Source: Priapulus caudatus (Eukaryota). From it: a stretch of 64,000 nt of DNA. Shown one piece after another: positions 37,744 to 52,100 of the stretch. The first letter of the stretch is position 1. Each line of letters starts with the position of its first letter. The notes below the pieces were generated by a model. That model made no database searches. It was not told the DNA's origin and was given only the letters and a program-made list of their open reading frames with translations. The stretch spans positions 360,151 to 424,150 of the forward strand of contig NW_014577083.1 in the NCBI RefSeq assembly GCF_000485595.1. Reading direction: 5' to 3'. A program made the position numbers and the translations under genes.

Positions 37744-39188
37744 CTGTAAAGGTAAATATGGGTTAATTTTATAATTTAAAGTCTTGTCAGAGCAACCTAC
37801 ATCCTAGCTCATATGACAGTAACTGTGACAAAATTGTGCAAAAACCTTTAACATTTAACCATTGCCAACAACTTATAAATGGTGCATACGTGCGTATTTC
37901 AAAAAACAACATTGATACCCAGATTATTAAAACATATTTAGTTTTTTATATCACTAAAGTATAAAATACAACTTTGATATTGATTTACTGTTGCTGATCT
38001 CAATTCATCATGGTTTTTTAATGAGAATTCTAACAGTTCTAATTCATTTTGTTAGGAACTCAGGTTTTCCCAAACTGGGTCAGGAATTGAGTCAGAGGAT
38101 GATGTGCTTAGCAGCTCTGGTGATGACTCCTCCCAAATCTATCAGACACATGAGGTACTAAAAATTAAAGCTTTAAATAACATCTTGCAAAATACGAAAA
38201 AAAAAAAATTTTATTAAATATTTATATGTTGTTATGCTGATAATATTTAGGATACCCAAAGAGACTCTGACAGTGACAGCGATTACCTGCCATCAACTAT
38301 TGCGTCGAGTGCTTCATGTGATGCTGAAGCTGATACCAACATCATTACAGAGGATAAGTATTTGGTCTTTAGCAGCTGCTTAGATCAACTGCTCCACAGA
38401 TGTCTCCAGTGTGGTGCAGACATTTCGTACAAAGAAACTGTAACAAGGGGTACAATGATTTCTGTGAACATGACCTGTTCAAGTAATCATTACTTCAGTT
38501 GGCATTCACAGCCACTCATCAATAAGACAGCTGCCGGGAACGTACTACTTGCTGGTGCAATACTTGTGAGTGGAGAGTCGTTCACACGCGTGAAGTCAAT
38601 GTGTGATGCTCTTGGACTTGTGATTTTTGGTGCATCAACATACTACGACATTCAAAATAAGTGGCTGTTTCCTGCAGTGAACAAACACTGGCAGGATGAG
38701 AGAGATAGTGTGTTGAGAACTCTACAGTCACAGCCTCAGCCACTAACAATTCTTGGGGATGGGCAATGTGACAGTCCTGGCTTTTCTGCCAAGTATGGAG
38801 TCTACTCTGTTGCAGAGCAGAGCTCAATGAAAATTATTGATCTTGAGCTGGTGCAAGTGGGAGAGCCTGAGGTTTGTATGCAAAAATCCTAATTAAGTGA
38901 AAAAGTTAAAATGCTATCAAAAACCCATTGCAATCCAATTCCAAACATGTGGGTCAAACGGTTCCTGAGTTATCGTTGACCGTAGCCAAATCTTCTTCGG
39001 ACCCAGTCACATTGCAGAAAGACGACTAAACTGACTCCGGATGTCCTCGCTGCTCATGCCCTGAAGCTTCGCAAACCCAGGTGTGCAAACAACGACTTTA
39101 ATATGAGGTCCGCCTAGAATGACGGCAAGAAATCAACTATACAGTCAACTCTCTAACTCCAAACGCCCTCAACACCGAATCGCACGTT

Positions 39189-39430
39189 ATAATAACGCAA
39201 TAATAATAATTTTCGGGTGCCCTACTGGGCTATTGGCCTAGTAGGCTAGTGAAGAGATTCACAGTTTTCACTGGCGGGTGACACCGCATACAAGGCTCTC
39301 TTCTTGGCACCGTTTCCACACTCGCATATCTTTTTGCTGAGTACTAAGCCGAGAAGCAGTGTGTACCATTTTTCAAGTCTTTGGTATGACCCGGCCGGGA
39401 GTCGAACCCACGACCTTCCACATGCGAGGA
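39189..39430 (-). mobile_element. tRNA-derived SINE with Meta/MESC-like central domain
   Basis: Minus strand: B box GGTTCGACTCC, then GGGTCATACCAAAGACTTGAAAAATGGTAC..TGCTTCTCGGCTTAGTACTCAGCA, and an (ATT)n tail. The A box is not clear. Noisy copy at about 49110-49365. Confidence 0.7.
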
Positions 39431-41257
39431 CCTCGCACGTTGACCTGGATGATTTCCAAGGCCCAACACGATCTAAGACGTAAGATAAGCCTAGAGTAGG
39501 CCCCCTGATAAACCGAACTTAACAGAATCCCCCAACTAAGTGGACGGTATCGGGGAGGGTGAGTATTCGGACAGTTGACTGTACCGTTGACAGTTATCAC
39601 CAACGTACATTTTTACAGGCATTTCCGTAAGAAAACGTCCACAATGAACACGTGTAAACTCCTGTTTTCTGGAAATCTCAAAGATGCCTGCAGCTCCGTG
39701 AATCCTATAGTTGGGTTTGAGTTAGCTCTAGAACAACAGCCCTTCACTCTGCCACAGCGAGCCTGTGGCAGAACGAAGTACTATAGTCCCAGAGCTGGGT
39801 TTGATTTAACTTGAAGCGCTTACTGTCATCGATGGTCGTATATTCCAACAAACATACGCAGGATGAACAGCCAGCCATTAGAGCCGACAGACGACACACC
39901 GCTGCCAGACGCCAGCAGCTGTGCACTATTTGCATTGCTGTCCCGCGTACTTGTCAAACATACTTGACAACATACTGATCACTACTGATCATTTCATCAG
40001 ATCTCAAAACTCTCATGCTTATACACACCGCCCCGCCCTCACGCTGGAATACTGGTTAACCTCCGAAAAAGTAACCTGAGTAAATAATCAAATATAGTGG
40101 AAATTTCGTGACCTAACTCAGTAATAACTGTGAAATATTTGTTCAGAGGTTTAAGAAAGTTAAGATATAGATCAAGCGGCGAGTCATTGCATCCTTTGTA
40201 GTTAATATGCAGTGCCATCGTTGCTAACATTTTATTTCCAATGCTTCAGGCTCATCTCACCAGGTGGCAGAACTTGTACATAAGACAATCTTTGATCTAG
40301 TATTGCAGAGTCAGATTGATGCATGCTCACTGAAGATCAAAATTTACAGCTGCAGTCCCCTGGTCCCTCTGTCTTTGTTAATTTACCCTTTACTTACCAG
40401 TCTTGCACAGATTAGAGCTTCACACCCGAAGACACCAGATTCCACATTAGAGATTTAGAGTTTCTCGGACATTCCCTGAAGCGTTGCCTTCACATCATGG
40501 GCTCTAGGTGCCAATGAATTTTTACACGGTTCACCCGATGACAAGCCATAGGCTATATATTTTCCCTATACATTAAAGCCTTTCATGCACTTAAAGCCAT
40601 CATAGACATGCTAGCAGCAATCATTATGCTTTGGCTATAACAGATATACCATAACAGCGTAAATCCTTAGTAATTTCCACGCTGGTGAAATAAGTAGCCA
40701 ATCTGCATACATATGTGAGACTATAATTCACTGCAAGTTTTCAAATTTTGTATGTATTCGAGATATGATTCCTTTAATACAAATATTTACAGCATTACAA
40801 ATGTTAACTTAACAAATATCTGAGCAGTGCAAAATAGACTGGCTTCTCATTCATTTCATGCTATTTAGCCCAATGAGCTTATTTTGCCTTGCAGGATTTG
40901 AGAAAGTTAAACTGTTCTTAGCTTTCAGTTGAAACCACGAGTGTAGAAGATTTTGTTGACATGTTTATTTAATTGTAGTTGTAATTGTAATAGTAGTTGT
41001 TTATAGAAATTTGGTAAACCGTTTAACGTATGCTAGAATTACACTACTGGCAAATTTGATAGATTTTTAATTTTGCTGGTCTCAGTGATCTGGGGAAACT
41101 TGCATGTACCACAAGCTTGCAGCCCCCAAAACTGTGTACTTGGACAGTTCTATGGGGTGGCTTCTGTGAACTTATGAGCCCAACTGTCTTTCAGAATTAC
41201 TGGCCTGATTTTCCAATATGTTACAAGTCTGTCTCAGTTGACAAAAAACAGTAAATA

Positions 41258-41459
41258 TACAGTACGCCATATTTTTCGCGTACACATATTTTCGCGAATT
41301 CAGACTTGACGGAAAATTTCGCGAGTGGTTAATTTCGCGGTCGATGAATTATGAATTATTCGGTATGAACTATTCGCGTGTTGTTATTTTCGCGGTCGGG
41401 GATGCGTTCGCGAAATTCGCGAAAATTAAACCACCGCGAAATATACAGCGTATACAGTA
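41258..41459. mobile_element. TA-flanked MITE with repeated TTCGCG/CGCGAA motifs
   Basis: Ends TACAGTACGCC / GCGTATACAGTA, with many inverted TTTTCGCG motifs. Noisy copy at about 51398-51618. Confidence 0.65.
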
Positions 41460-42472
41460 TATCACAACGGTGAATATATTGTTGCACTCTCAATCTGTCA
41501 CAAAATATATACTATAGTCAGCATCCATCAGATAAAAAAGCGTAATTTTTTTGGAGGGGGGAGGGTCACGGGCCCAACCCCTCCGTTTTGCATTCACTGA
41601 ATCCTTCCCCGCCATTCAAAAAGCCTGGATCTTTCCCCTTTGCTCTAGTTAACGCATTTTGCCTGTGGGCAAAGACACGTGCGTGGTGTATTCTGGAAAT
41701 AGTCAGGTAGCTAAACGAAATGATGGGTACATTCCGGTAAAAGCACCAAACTTTTCCCATTTGCCATCCATTACCTTAGCTTTCAATTTTTACCTACTAA
41801 TTAAGCCACATGACTAAAAGGTGAGTGACTGCCATTGAACATGTAATGTCTCTGCATTTCTCTGGTAGGGAGCAACTGCCTTATTGCCCCCCCGCCCCCG
41901 CCGCTGCCCACTAGCTACGGCCTTGTTGACCTACATAACACATGTATGGATTACTGCATGTTGCACGTGCTACCTGCAGGGAAGTGGCTGCACGAGAAGT
42001 GTATAGATCAGCCATTCCACCGTGACTCACGTCACATTTCTACAAAAATCTCACTTTTAATGGTCAGGTAGTCCTATATTAGCTTGCTGCTACTTGTTTT
42101 AAGAAACTATATCAGCAAAAGCACCAGTTATGCATAGTTTAGCATTAAAGTTATTGCAGCCACACTAATATTTTCTCAGATATCACAAACTATTCTGCGT
42201 GACTCGCGTGGCGGGCTACTAACACGTTTTGAAGTATACTTCACACTTAGGCCACCATTTTTTATTTTGTTGGTTTACAGAATTTTTGTTGTTGTTGTTG
42301 ACTCAATAGAGTAAAAAAAAAATTGTTTTGTCAGATCAAACAAGTCAAAATACAGTGATACTGTTATACATGATATTAAAGTATTTTAAGAAAACTAAAT
42401 GAAAACAAAACTCAACTTGTAATTATTTTTACTTTTATTATAAACTATTTGTTACCTCCGCCAGGGGCGTGG

Positions 42473-44477
42473 ATATATATATTAGTGTAAGCGTGCAACA
42501 GTCGCGCCGCGAAAGCAATGGCGCCGGCAGCGTATGGTTGGACGTAGGATTTGGACGGAATTGACAGGAAACTGTCGGCAACAATATGTGAAAGAGAGTA
42601 TAGAAACATTAAGAATTTGGTAGTAAATAGATTTCGTATTTAGTTAGCATTATATTTTTTTGAAACGCTTCAAGTGCCTGTGCACACAGCCACGAACATC
42701 GAGCGAAACACGTTTTTGCTCCACGTTCAGGTGTTTTGCTCGGGTGTGTGGCGCTAGGCTTTACGTTGTGCTTCCTTATAATCTTTACATTATGTTTTAT
42801 TCAATTAACATTGTATACATTCTTGTACATACATACACTGTATTACAGTTCTTGTAGCAGTAGTGTTTCACAGCATGCAAATTATGTTCTCCTTAAAACT
42901 CATTGCTCCTCTAAATTGCACTATATTCAAGTAGCATTAATTTCTTATTCTCTATACACTCTCCTGAAATTCCAAACATTATATTTTGGTCGCAAAAGCA
43001 ACAGATATAGATCATGTATTATAGATATAGATATAGATCAGCGCTAGCCTGCGAGACGGCCCGAGAACATTTCGTCACAGGAAATGCCATGTCGTGAAAA
43101 CAAAAATTATCTGTAATATTCGTAGCGCGCACGCTAAGCACGGCACGGTCGATGTGCCAACGACATACAGCAACAGAGATAGCTGCTGACAGATAGATCA
43201 GGCCGACCTCATGTGCACGGCTAGAAACACTACAGGTAAAAAAACAGTCAATGTATCTATCCCTGATTATTGTGAAGTCGTACCCCTGAAGACTTACCAC
43301 CAATGAGCCGAATTTTACCCTAAAAACATCCGACTAACAATGTGTACATTGGCAGGCATCTCGACTACATGCTATCAGGCGTGAATAATAATAGAGAATG
43401 AGAAGCGTGTGAGAGAGAGATAGTGAGAGAGATAGAGAGATAGAGAATATCAAGAGTGAATAATAATCTATTATTATATTCATTCCTTAATCCTTGTGTT
43501 ATTATCCGTACGATTTCAAAATGAGATCGGAACACAGAAATTAACTACATTGATAATATCAGGGGTAGTCTGGGTAGATAATGACAAATATAATATATAC
43601 TTAATACAATCTAATACAATACAAATATACTACAAATAACAAACAAAAACAACAGTAACAAAAAATGAAAGTATGCAATGACACTGTAGCCTCACCACAA
43701 AGAAGGATACAAATGAGTGAGTGAGATAGTCAAGTTTTTAATAGCTAAGCACCTCGACGTACATTTATAGAAAGCGAAGAGTATATATGGGAGAACTCCC
43801 ATTATATTACTCTTGATAATTATATGTTAATTTTATTGTGAAAATAATAAATAATATTATATAACTAGAAACGACGCAGTTGCTTCCCACTACATGTATC
43901 CCCTGTGATCTAGTATGAATAGAAAATCTCTGTAAGGGAGCGTAGAAGGCAGCTAAAGTGTAAATAAGTCACAAAGACAACGGTTTGTTAGACAACTGGG
44001 TTGCCCTCAGATGGCAAGTATATGATGAATCTGCGTTACCCTATGAGGCCGAAGAGAAAATGTAAGTTGAACGGTTAAAGGTCAAACTAAAGGTCAAGGG
44101 CAGTGGTGGTTTTGGTATGCGACAGACCTTCTCCCCAAGATGTGTAAGCATATTAACTTTGGTCGCGCTAGGTCAATTAGGGGCTGAGTTAAGAGGCGGA
44201 AGAGAAATATTGATCAAGGTCAAGGTAAAGGTGAAATAAAGGTCGAAGTGACCTGGTGGGCAGTTTTTACCGATCTCGGATCATCTTCAAATTTAGCATG
44301 AAAGGTGCGTAATGGTAAGCGAAGACCGCCAATCGTTTTTGGTGTGGCGGAGTCATCGTTGCCATGGTAACAACATTTTTGTGGAAATGTTGTAGAGCCT
44401 GTAACTTGTGCTGTTTTTACCCGATTGTTATGGAATTTCGCACACAGGGCCGATATAACATGTCCTATATATATATG

Positions 44478-44508
<31 letters not shown>

Positions 44509-46102
44509 TTGATGACAATCATAAATTTAAATACAAATTTTAATACAAATATTAAATTTTAATTTTATTTTTAAATTTAAATTTTAATATAAATTTAAAT
44601 ATAAATTTTAATACAAATATAAATTTCATGACAATCGGGTAAAAAGTGCAGAAGTTACAGTTCCTAGAATATTTCGACAAAAAATGTTGTTACCAATGGC
44701 AACGATGACTCCGCCACACCAAAAAACAATAGGTGTCTTTGCTTCTGATAACGCACCTTCATTCGAAATTTGAAGATGATCCGAGAAGAACTGCAGCCGG
44801 TAGAGCGCTCACAAGGAAAGCTCTACGGCGGCGGTGGTGAGAGAGATAGAGAGATAGAGAATATCAAGAGTGAATAATAATCTATTATTATATTCACTCC
44901 TTAATCCTTGTGTTATTATCCGTACGATTTCAAATAGAATCGAACACAGAAATTACTACATTGATAATATCAGGGGTAAGTCTGGGTAGATAATGACAAA
45001 AATAATATATACTTAATACAATCTAATCAATACAAATAACTAAAATAACAAAAACAAACAACAATAACAAATAATGAAAGTGTCAATGGACACTGTAGCT
45101 CACCACAAAGAAGGATACAATTAAATGAGTGAGTGAGAAGTCAGTTTTAATTGAGCAACCATCGACGTACATTATAGAAACGAAGAGTATATATGGGAGA
45201 ACTCCATTATATACTCTGATTATTATATGTGTAATTTTTTATGTGAAAATAATATAATAATATTATATAACTAGAAACGAGCAGGTTGTCGCCACGTAAT
45301 GTATCCCTGTGATCTGGTATGAATAGAAAATGCTCTGTAGGGAGGATGTAGAAGGCAGGTAAAGTTAATATAAGTACACAAGACAAAGGTTTGTTTAGAA
45401 CAACTGGTGTCCTCAGATGTGGCAAGTATATGGATCTGGTTACCCCCTAGGGGGGCCGAAGAGGAAATGTAAGTTGACGGTCAAGGTCAAGCTAAGGAGT
45501 AAGGAGTGGTGGTTTTGGTATGCGACCAGACCTTCTCCCAAGTATGTAGTAAGGGCATATTAAGTTTGGTCGCGCGTAGGTCAATTAGGGCTGAGTAGAG
45601 AGGCGGAAGAGAAATATGATCAAGGTCAAGGTAAAAGTGAAATAAAGGAAGTGCGCTGGTTGGGCAGTTTTTACCGATCTCGGAATATCTTCAAATTTAG
45701 CATGAAGGTGCGTCATGGTAAAGGCGAAGACCGCCAATCGTTTTTGGTGTTGGCGGAGTCATCGTTGCCATGGTAACAACATGTTTGTGAAATATTGTAG
45801 AGGCTGGTACTTGTGGCTGTTTTTACCCGATTGTCAATGGAATTTGGGCATACAGGGCGATATACTGTCGCTATAGTATAATATATATATATATATGTAA
45901 TATATATATATTTATGACTAATCATTAAATTTAAATATAAATTTAAATACAGATTTTAATACAAATTTTAATACAAATTTTAAATTTAAATTTTATTTTT
46001 AAATTTAAATTTAACTATAAATTTTAAATAAATTTAATACAAATATAAATTTCATGACAATCGGGTAAAAAGTAGCAGAAGTTACACAGGTTCTAGCGGA
46101 CC
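42473..46102 (+). repeat. Third copy of the right half of block X (matches 32727-36327)
   Basis: Begins at the centre of the foldback element and ends with the same GGTTCTAGCGGACC before a 25-N gap as copy 2. Confidence 0.9.
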
Positions 46103-49100
46103 NNNNNNNNNNNNNNNNNNNNNNNNNCAATGATGCACTTTAGTAGCTTAAGCGCTAGTCATAAGAAGGATCTACAATTAATGAGTGAGTGGAGAAGTCA
46201 GTTTTAAATTGAGGCAACACCATCCGCGTATGTACCAATTACTAGAAACGAAGAGTATATCATGGAGAGCTCCCATTATATACTCTTGATAATTAAATAT
46301 GTGTCACATTTTTTATGTGAAGAATAATAAATAATATTATATAACTAGGAAACGAGCAGTTGTCGCTCACACATCACATGTATCACATGCGTCTAAACAG
46401 AGAATTGCTCCGACCTGTGATTGGAGGATAAAAATTAGACCCCCGCCTACCTCCGACGCCCGATACGCTATGCTATGACGGTAGGCAACGTGTACTAACT
46501 ATCATACATGGAGCGAACGAATTGAGTTTATATGTTCGATAGACATGTACGCTAGTTCATAGACACATGTCTTAGCCTTAATCTCCTGTGAATTTGGAGT
46601 CTATTGAAGCGCGATTAGTCCTAATTAATTAGCCAAATATGCCGCCGCGTATAACCCGTGCAAACGAAACGTCACGCATTCTACGTCTTTATATCCTTCC
46701 AGAGAGAATGGAAAGGTGGCACGGTTGGTCACTTTATTTTATTGAAAATACAGGCTCTAAATAATCTTGATTAATAGCAACGATGCATTGCTATCCCACA
46801 CAGTATCCCCTGTGAATCCATGTATGCAATAAAAAATCTCTGTAAGGACGTAGAAGGCAGGTAAAGGTAAAATAAGTCACAAAACAAGGTTTGTTAGACA
46901 ACTGGTGTGTCTCAGATGTCAAGTAATTGGAATCTGTGTAACCCCAAGGAGGCCGAAGAGAAATGTAAGTTGACGGTCAAGGTCAAACTAAGTCAAGGGC
47001 AGTGGTGGTTTTGGTATGCGACAAGCTTCTCCCCAAGATGTGTAAGCATATTAAGTTTGGTCGCGCTAGGTCAATATAGGGGCTGAGTTAGAGAGGGGAA
47101 GAGAAATATATGATCAAGGTCAAGGTAAAGTGAAATAAAGGTCGAAGTGACATGGTGGGCAGTTTTTACCGCGATCTCGGATCATCTTCAAATTTAGCAT
47201 GAAAGGTGCGTATGGACGAAGAGAGAACGCCAATCGTTTTTGGTGTGGCGGAGTCATCGTTGCCATGGTAACAACATTTTTGTGGGAAATTTGTAGAGCC
47301 TGTAACTTGTGGCTGTTTTTACCCGATTGTCATGGAATTTGGCACACAGGCCCGATATAACATGTCCTATATATATATATATAATATAATATTATATGTA
47401 TATATATATATATTTGATGACAATCATAAATTTAAATAACAAATTTTAATACAAATATTATTTAAATTTTATTTTAAATTTAAATTTTAATATAAATTTA
47501 AATATAAATTTTAATACAAATATAAATTTCATGACAATCGGGTAAAAAGTGCAGAAGTTACAGGTTCTAGAATATTTCGACAAAAAATGTTGTTACCAAT
47601 GGCAACGATGACTCCGCACAACCAAAAAACGATAGGTGTCTTTGCTTCTGATAACGGCACCTTCATTCGAAATTTGAAGAATGATCCGAGAAGAACTGCA
47701 GCCGTAGAGCGCTCACGAAGAAACTCTACGGCGGAGGCGGCGCGGCGGCGGCGGCAGCGCGATGGAGCTCTACACTAGCAAAAGCAGTTCTAGTGATCCC
47801 TTTGTTAACAGTGCAACAAATCCATGTTTAACCGCTCCTCTTGACGGGTCACCAAAGGTTATCCGACACTTCACTCTTCGCATGTCAGCGGTAAAAGTAC
47901 ATTTCATGGTCCTTTCAATAAATCCCCACCATTAAAAATGGTAGGTCACCGGCGAAACAAAAAAAGTTTTTCAAATCGGCTCGTCAGACCATGTCCCTCA
48001 GAAAATGGTCTAAAATCTGGGCCCCGGTTGAAGCCGGTACCCCATTGAACCTTTGACCTAGTGACTCCAATTTCGGCAGTCATGGATTTTCCTAACGCAT
48101 TGATGTCTATACACCGATCTATCACGAGCCTAGTTCGAGGCCGTTTAGGATTTGTGCCGCAATTCTACATTTCGCTCCCTATACTTAAAGTTAAGAAGGA
48201 ATGTTCCCCCCATTCTTTTACAGCCTCTTGACAGGCTTTGACTTGACCCGCCAGCTTCGACATTCCCAACTCGTTTTGACGATTCCCCCTCGACATCCCC
48301 AATATCGTGACCGTACATCAAGGCGTTAAGATTTGTGGCCGCACAGCCCACTAACTTTTGACGCACAGCGACGGAAGCGCACGGACGGACGGCACGGATG
48401 CATGCACGGACGGACGCAAGACGGACGCACGCTCATGGCATTCACCAGCCTGGCATCTGACTATGTTCAGATGAGCGCAATAATAATAGTATAAAATCAT
48501 AAATGTTTCATAGCAGGAAATTTTGTATTAAAGACTATTGTCAATGAAATTTGTAAAACGAACGCAGACAAGTGGACACCACAGACTGTTTGCTATCTGC
48601 GTGTCTATATAATAAGCTATATAATTGCAAACCCATACCTAATTTGCATAATTTTTTTTTAATATCAAGAAACCCCTAAGCTCTTATTCATTCACATACC
48701 AAAAATGAGCAAATCGGCGTTGAATCCTCAACTGACTAATGGCCATTCCATTTTTGCCGAAAAAATTGGCCGTGGCCGAAAAGTACGTCGACTGGCGTGG
48801 CTGCCAAAATAGGACGTTTAATATGGGAGCAAGCAGTAACAAGAATATACCCAATTTCAAAACAATGTGGGTCAAACGGTTCCTGAGTTATCGTTGAGCG
48901 CCCCATCAGCCAAAGTCTTCTTCGGACCAGTCACAATTGCAGAAAGACGACTAAACTGATCGATGTCCTCGCTGCTCAATGCCTGAACTTCGCAAACCCA
49001 GGTGTGCAACAACGACTTTAATATGAGTCCAGGCCTATGAATACACGGAAGAAATGCAAACTATACAGTCAACTCTCTAACTCCGAACGCCCTCACACCG

Positions 49101-52100
49101 AATCGCAGCGTTAATAATACGAGATAGTTCGGTGCTTGGGCCCTACTGGAAGCTATTGGCGCTAGTAGGCTAGTGAAGAGATCACAGTTTTCACTGGCGG
49201 TGAGCGCCCGCATTACAAGGCCTCTCTTCCTTGCCCGTTTCCACACTCGCATACTTTTTGGCTGAAGTAACTAAGCCGAGAAGCAGTGGTCGTAACCATT
49301 TTTCAAGTTTTCGATTATGACCCGGGCCGGAGTCGAACCCACGAACCTTCGCAATGCGAGGACGCTCGCACGTTGACTCGGCATGATTTCCAAGGCCAAA
49401 CACGATCTAAGACGTAAGATAAGCCAGAGGTAGGCCATGATAAACCGAACTTAACAGAATCCCCACTAGTGGACGGTATGTGGGGGAGGGTGAGTAATTC
49501 GACAGTCTGACTGTCCGTTGACAGTATATCAACCAAACGTACCACTTTTACAGGCATTTCGTAAGAAAACGTCCACAATGAAAACGTGTAAACTCCATGT
49601 TTTCTGGAAATCCTCAAAGATGCCTGCAGCTCCGTGAATTCCATATAGATTGGGTTGGTTTTGAGTTAGCTCTAGAACAACAGCCGCTTCACTCCTGCCA
49701 CAGGCGAGCCTGTGGGCAGAAACGAAGTACTATACGTCCCGCAGAGTGGGTTTTGGATTTGAACTTGAAAGCGCTTACTGTCATCGATCGGTCGTATCTT
49801 CCAACAAAACATACGCAGGATGAACAGCATCCATATAGCGACGCCGACAGACGACACACCGCTTGCAGACGCCAGCAGCTCGCACTATTTGCATTGCTGT
49901 CCTCTGCGTGACTTATCGTCAAAGCAATACTGACTAACATACTGATCACTTACTGATCCATTTCATCAGATCTCAAAAACTAATTGGCATGTCCATTATT
50001 GACAGCGAGCCCGACCGATCGCCCTCACCGGCTGGACATTACGGAGTTAAGCCTGCCGAAAAAAGTAACCTGAGTAACATAATCAAATATAGTGTGAAGA
50101 GGTTCGTGACCCTAACTTCCAGTAATAACTGTGAAATATTTGTTCAGAGGTTTAAGAAGTTAAGATAAAAGATCAGCGCGATCCATTGCATCCTTTGTAA
50201 GTTTATAAACGCAGTGCCATCCGTTGCCATGACATTCTTTATTTCGCAAATGGCTTCAGGCTCATCTCACCAGTGTGCGACATGAAACTTGTACATAATA
50301 GACAATCTTTGATCTACGTATTGCATGAGTCAGATTGATGCTGCTCACTGAAGATCAAAATTTACAGGCTGCAGTCCACCCCTGGTCCGCTCTGTCTTGT
50401 TAATATTACACGCCTTTACTTACCAGTCTTTTGCTCAGCAGGATTCGAGCCTTCACAACGCAAAGACACACAGTTCACAATTAGAGCATCGTATAGAGTT
50501 GCTCAGACATTCCCTGAAGCGTTGCCGTTCACATCATGGGCCCTTTCCAGCCCCCCCCCCCCCGCCCCCCCCCCCATGACGTTACTGGCAATGAATTTTT
50601 TACACGGTTCACGGCGCGATGCAAAGAGCCAATAGGCGTATATATTTCCCCTATAACATTAATAAGCCTTTGCAATGGCACTTAAAAGCCATCCATAGAG
50701 CGATGCTAGCAGGCAAATCATTATGCTTTGGCTATAACAATATACCATAACAGCGTAAATCTTAGTAATTTCCAACGCTGGTGAATATAAGTAGCCAATC
50801 TGCATACATATGTGAGACTCATAATTCACTGCAAATTTTCAAAATTTTGTATGTAATTCGAGATATGATTGCCTTTAATAACAAATAATTTACGACATTA
50901 CAAATGTTCAACTTCAACGCAAGATAGTCCTGAGCAGGTGCAAAATAGACTGGCTTTTCCCATTCATTTCAAATGATATTTAGCACGTGAGCTTATTTTC
51001 GCCTTGCAGGATTTGAGCACAAGTTAAACCTGGTTCTTAGCTTTCAGTTGGAAACTCACGAGTGTAGAAGATTTGTGTGACATGTTTATTTAAATTGTAG
51101 TTTGTAAATTGTAATTAGTAGTTGTTTATAGAATTTGGTAAAAACCCGTTTAACGTATGCTAGAATATCATACTCAATTGTGATATAGATTTTTAATATT
51201 TGCTGAGTCTCAGTGATCTGGAAACTTAGCATGTACCATCATTAGTCTTGCAAGCCCCCAAAACTGTGTACTTGGAACAAGTTCTATGGGGTGGCTATGC
51301 TTGTGAACTTATGAGGCCCAACTGTCTCTTCAGAATTACTGGCGTGAATTTTCCAATTGTTAGCAAGTCTGTCTCAGTTGACAACAAACAGTAAATATAT
51401 CGTACGCCATATTTTCGGTAACATATCTATTCCGGAATTCAGAACTTGACAGGAAAATTTCGGCGAGATGGTTAATTTTCGGCGGTCCAATGAATTATGA
51501 ATTATTACGGTATGAATCTATTCGCTGGTGTTGTTATTTTCGCGGTCGGCGGATGCGTTCGCGAAACATTCCGCGAAAAATTAAACTCAGCGCGCGAAAA
51601 TATACAGCGTATACAGTAATATCAAACGGTGAATGATATTGTTGGCAATCTCAATCTGTCACAAAATATAATACTATAGTCAGCATCCATCAGATAAAAG
51701 AAGCCGTAACATTTTTTTGGAGGGGAGGGTCACTGGGCCCAACGCCCTCCGTTTTGCATTCAGCTGAATCCCTTCCGCCGCCATTCAAAAAAGTACCTGG
51801 ATCTTTGCACCCGTTTCGCCTCTAGTTAACACGCATATTTGCCTGTGGGCAAAGACACCGCTGCGTGTCGTATTCTGGAAATAGTCACGGTTAGCTAACG
51901 GAAATGATGGGTACCATTCTCGGGTAAAAGCACCAACTTTTCCCACTTTGCCATCCATTACCGTTAAGCTTTCATTTTTAGCCGTACATAATTTAAGCCA
52001 CACAATGACTAAAAGGTGAGTGACTGCCATTGCAACATGTAATGTCTCTGCATTTCTCTGGTAAGGGGGCAACTGCTGTGCTTATTGCCCCCCCCCGCCC

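Larger units (their letters stand above)
37262..37915. repeat. Perfect 71-bp inverted repeat pair (37262-37332, 37845-37915) flanking a 512-bp segment
   Basis: Checked base by base: TCAATGTTGTTTTTTGAAATACGCACGTATGCACC...TTAAAGG and its exact reverse complement. No flanking TSD seen. Confidence 0.95.
36826..38871 (+). pseudogene. Spliced THAP-domain + DDE transposase gene (probably Kolobok-type), truncated at both ends, with an internal inversion
   Basis: Plus-strand phase-0 exons: 36826-36975 (ICRAH..RLKKGAVPT, THAP C-terminal AVPT box), 37175-37240, 38056-38154 and 38251-38871 (CxxC..CxxxH, then ILGDGQCDSPGFSAKYG, a first-catalytic-Asp-like motif). Two further exons lie on the minus strand. 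The family assignment rests on motif recall. Confidence 0.75.
38935..42466 (+). repeat. Duplicated block Y, copy 1 (colinear with 48851-52724)
   Basis: Same ordered sequence in both places. The second copy is longer because of many 1-2-nt insertions. Confidence 0.9.

Noticed and set aside
39385..39430. tRNA gene
   Set aside because: Only the B-box half is clear, and it runs into a SINE body and tail.
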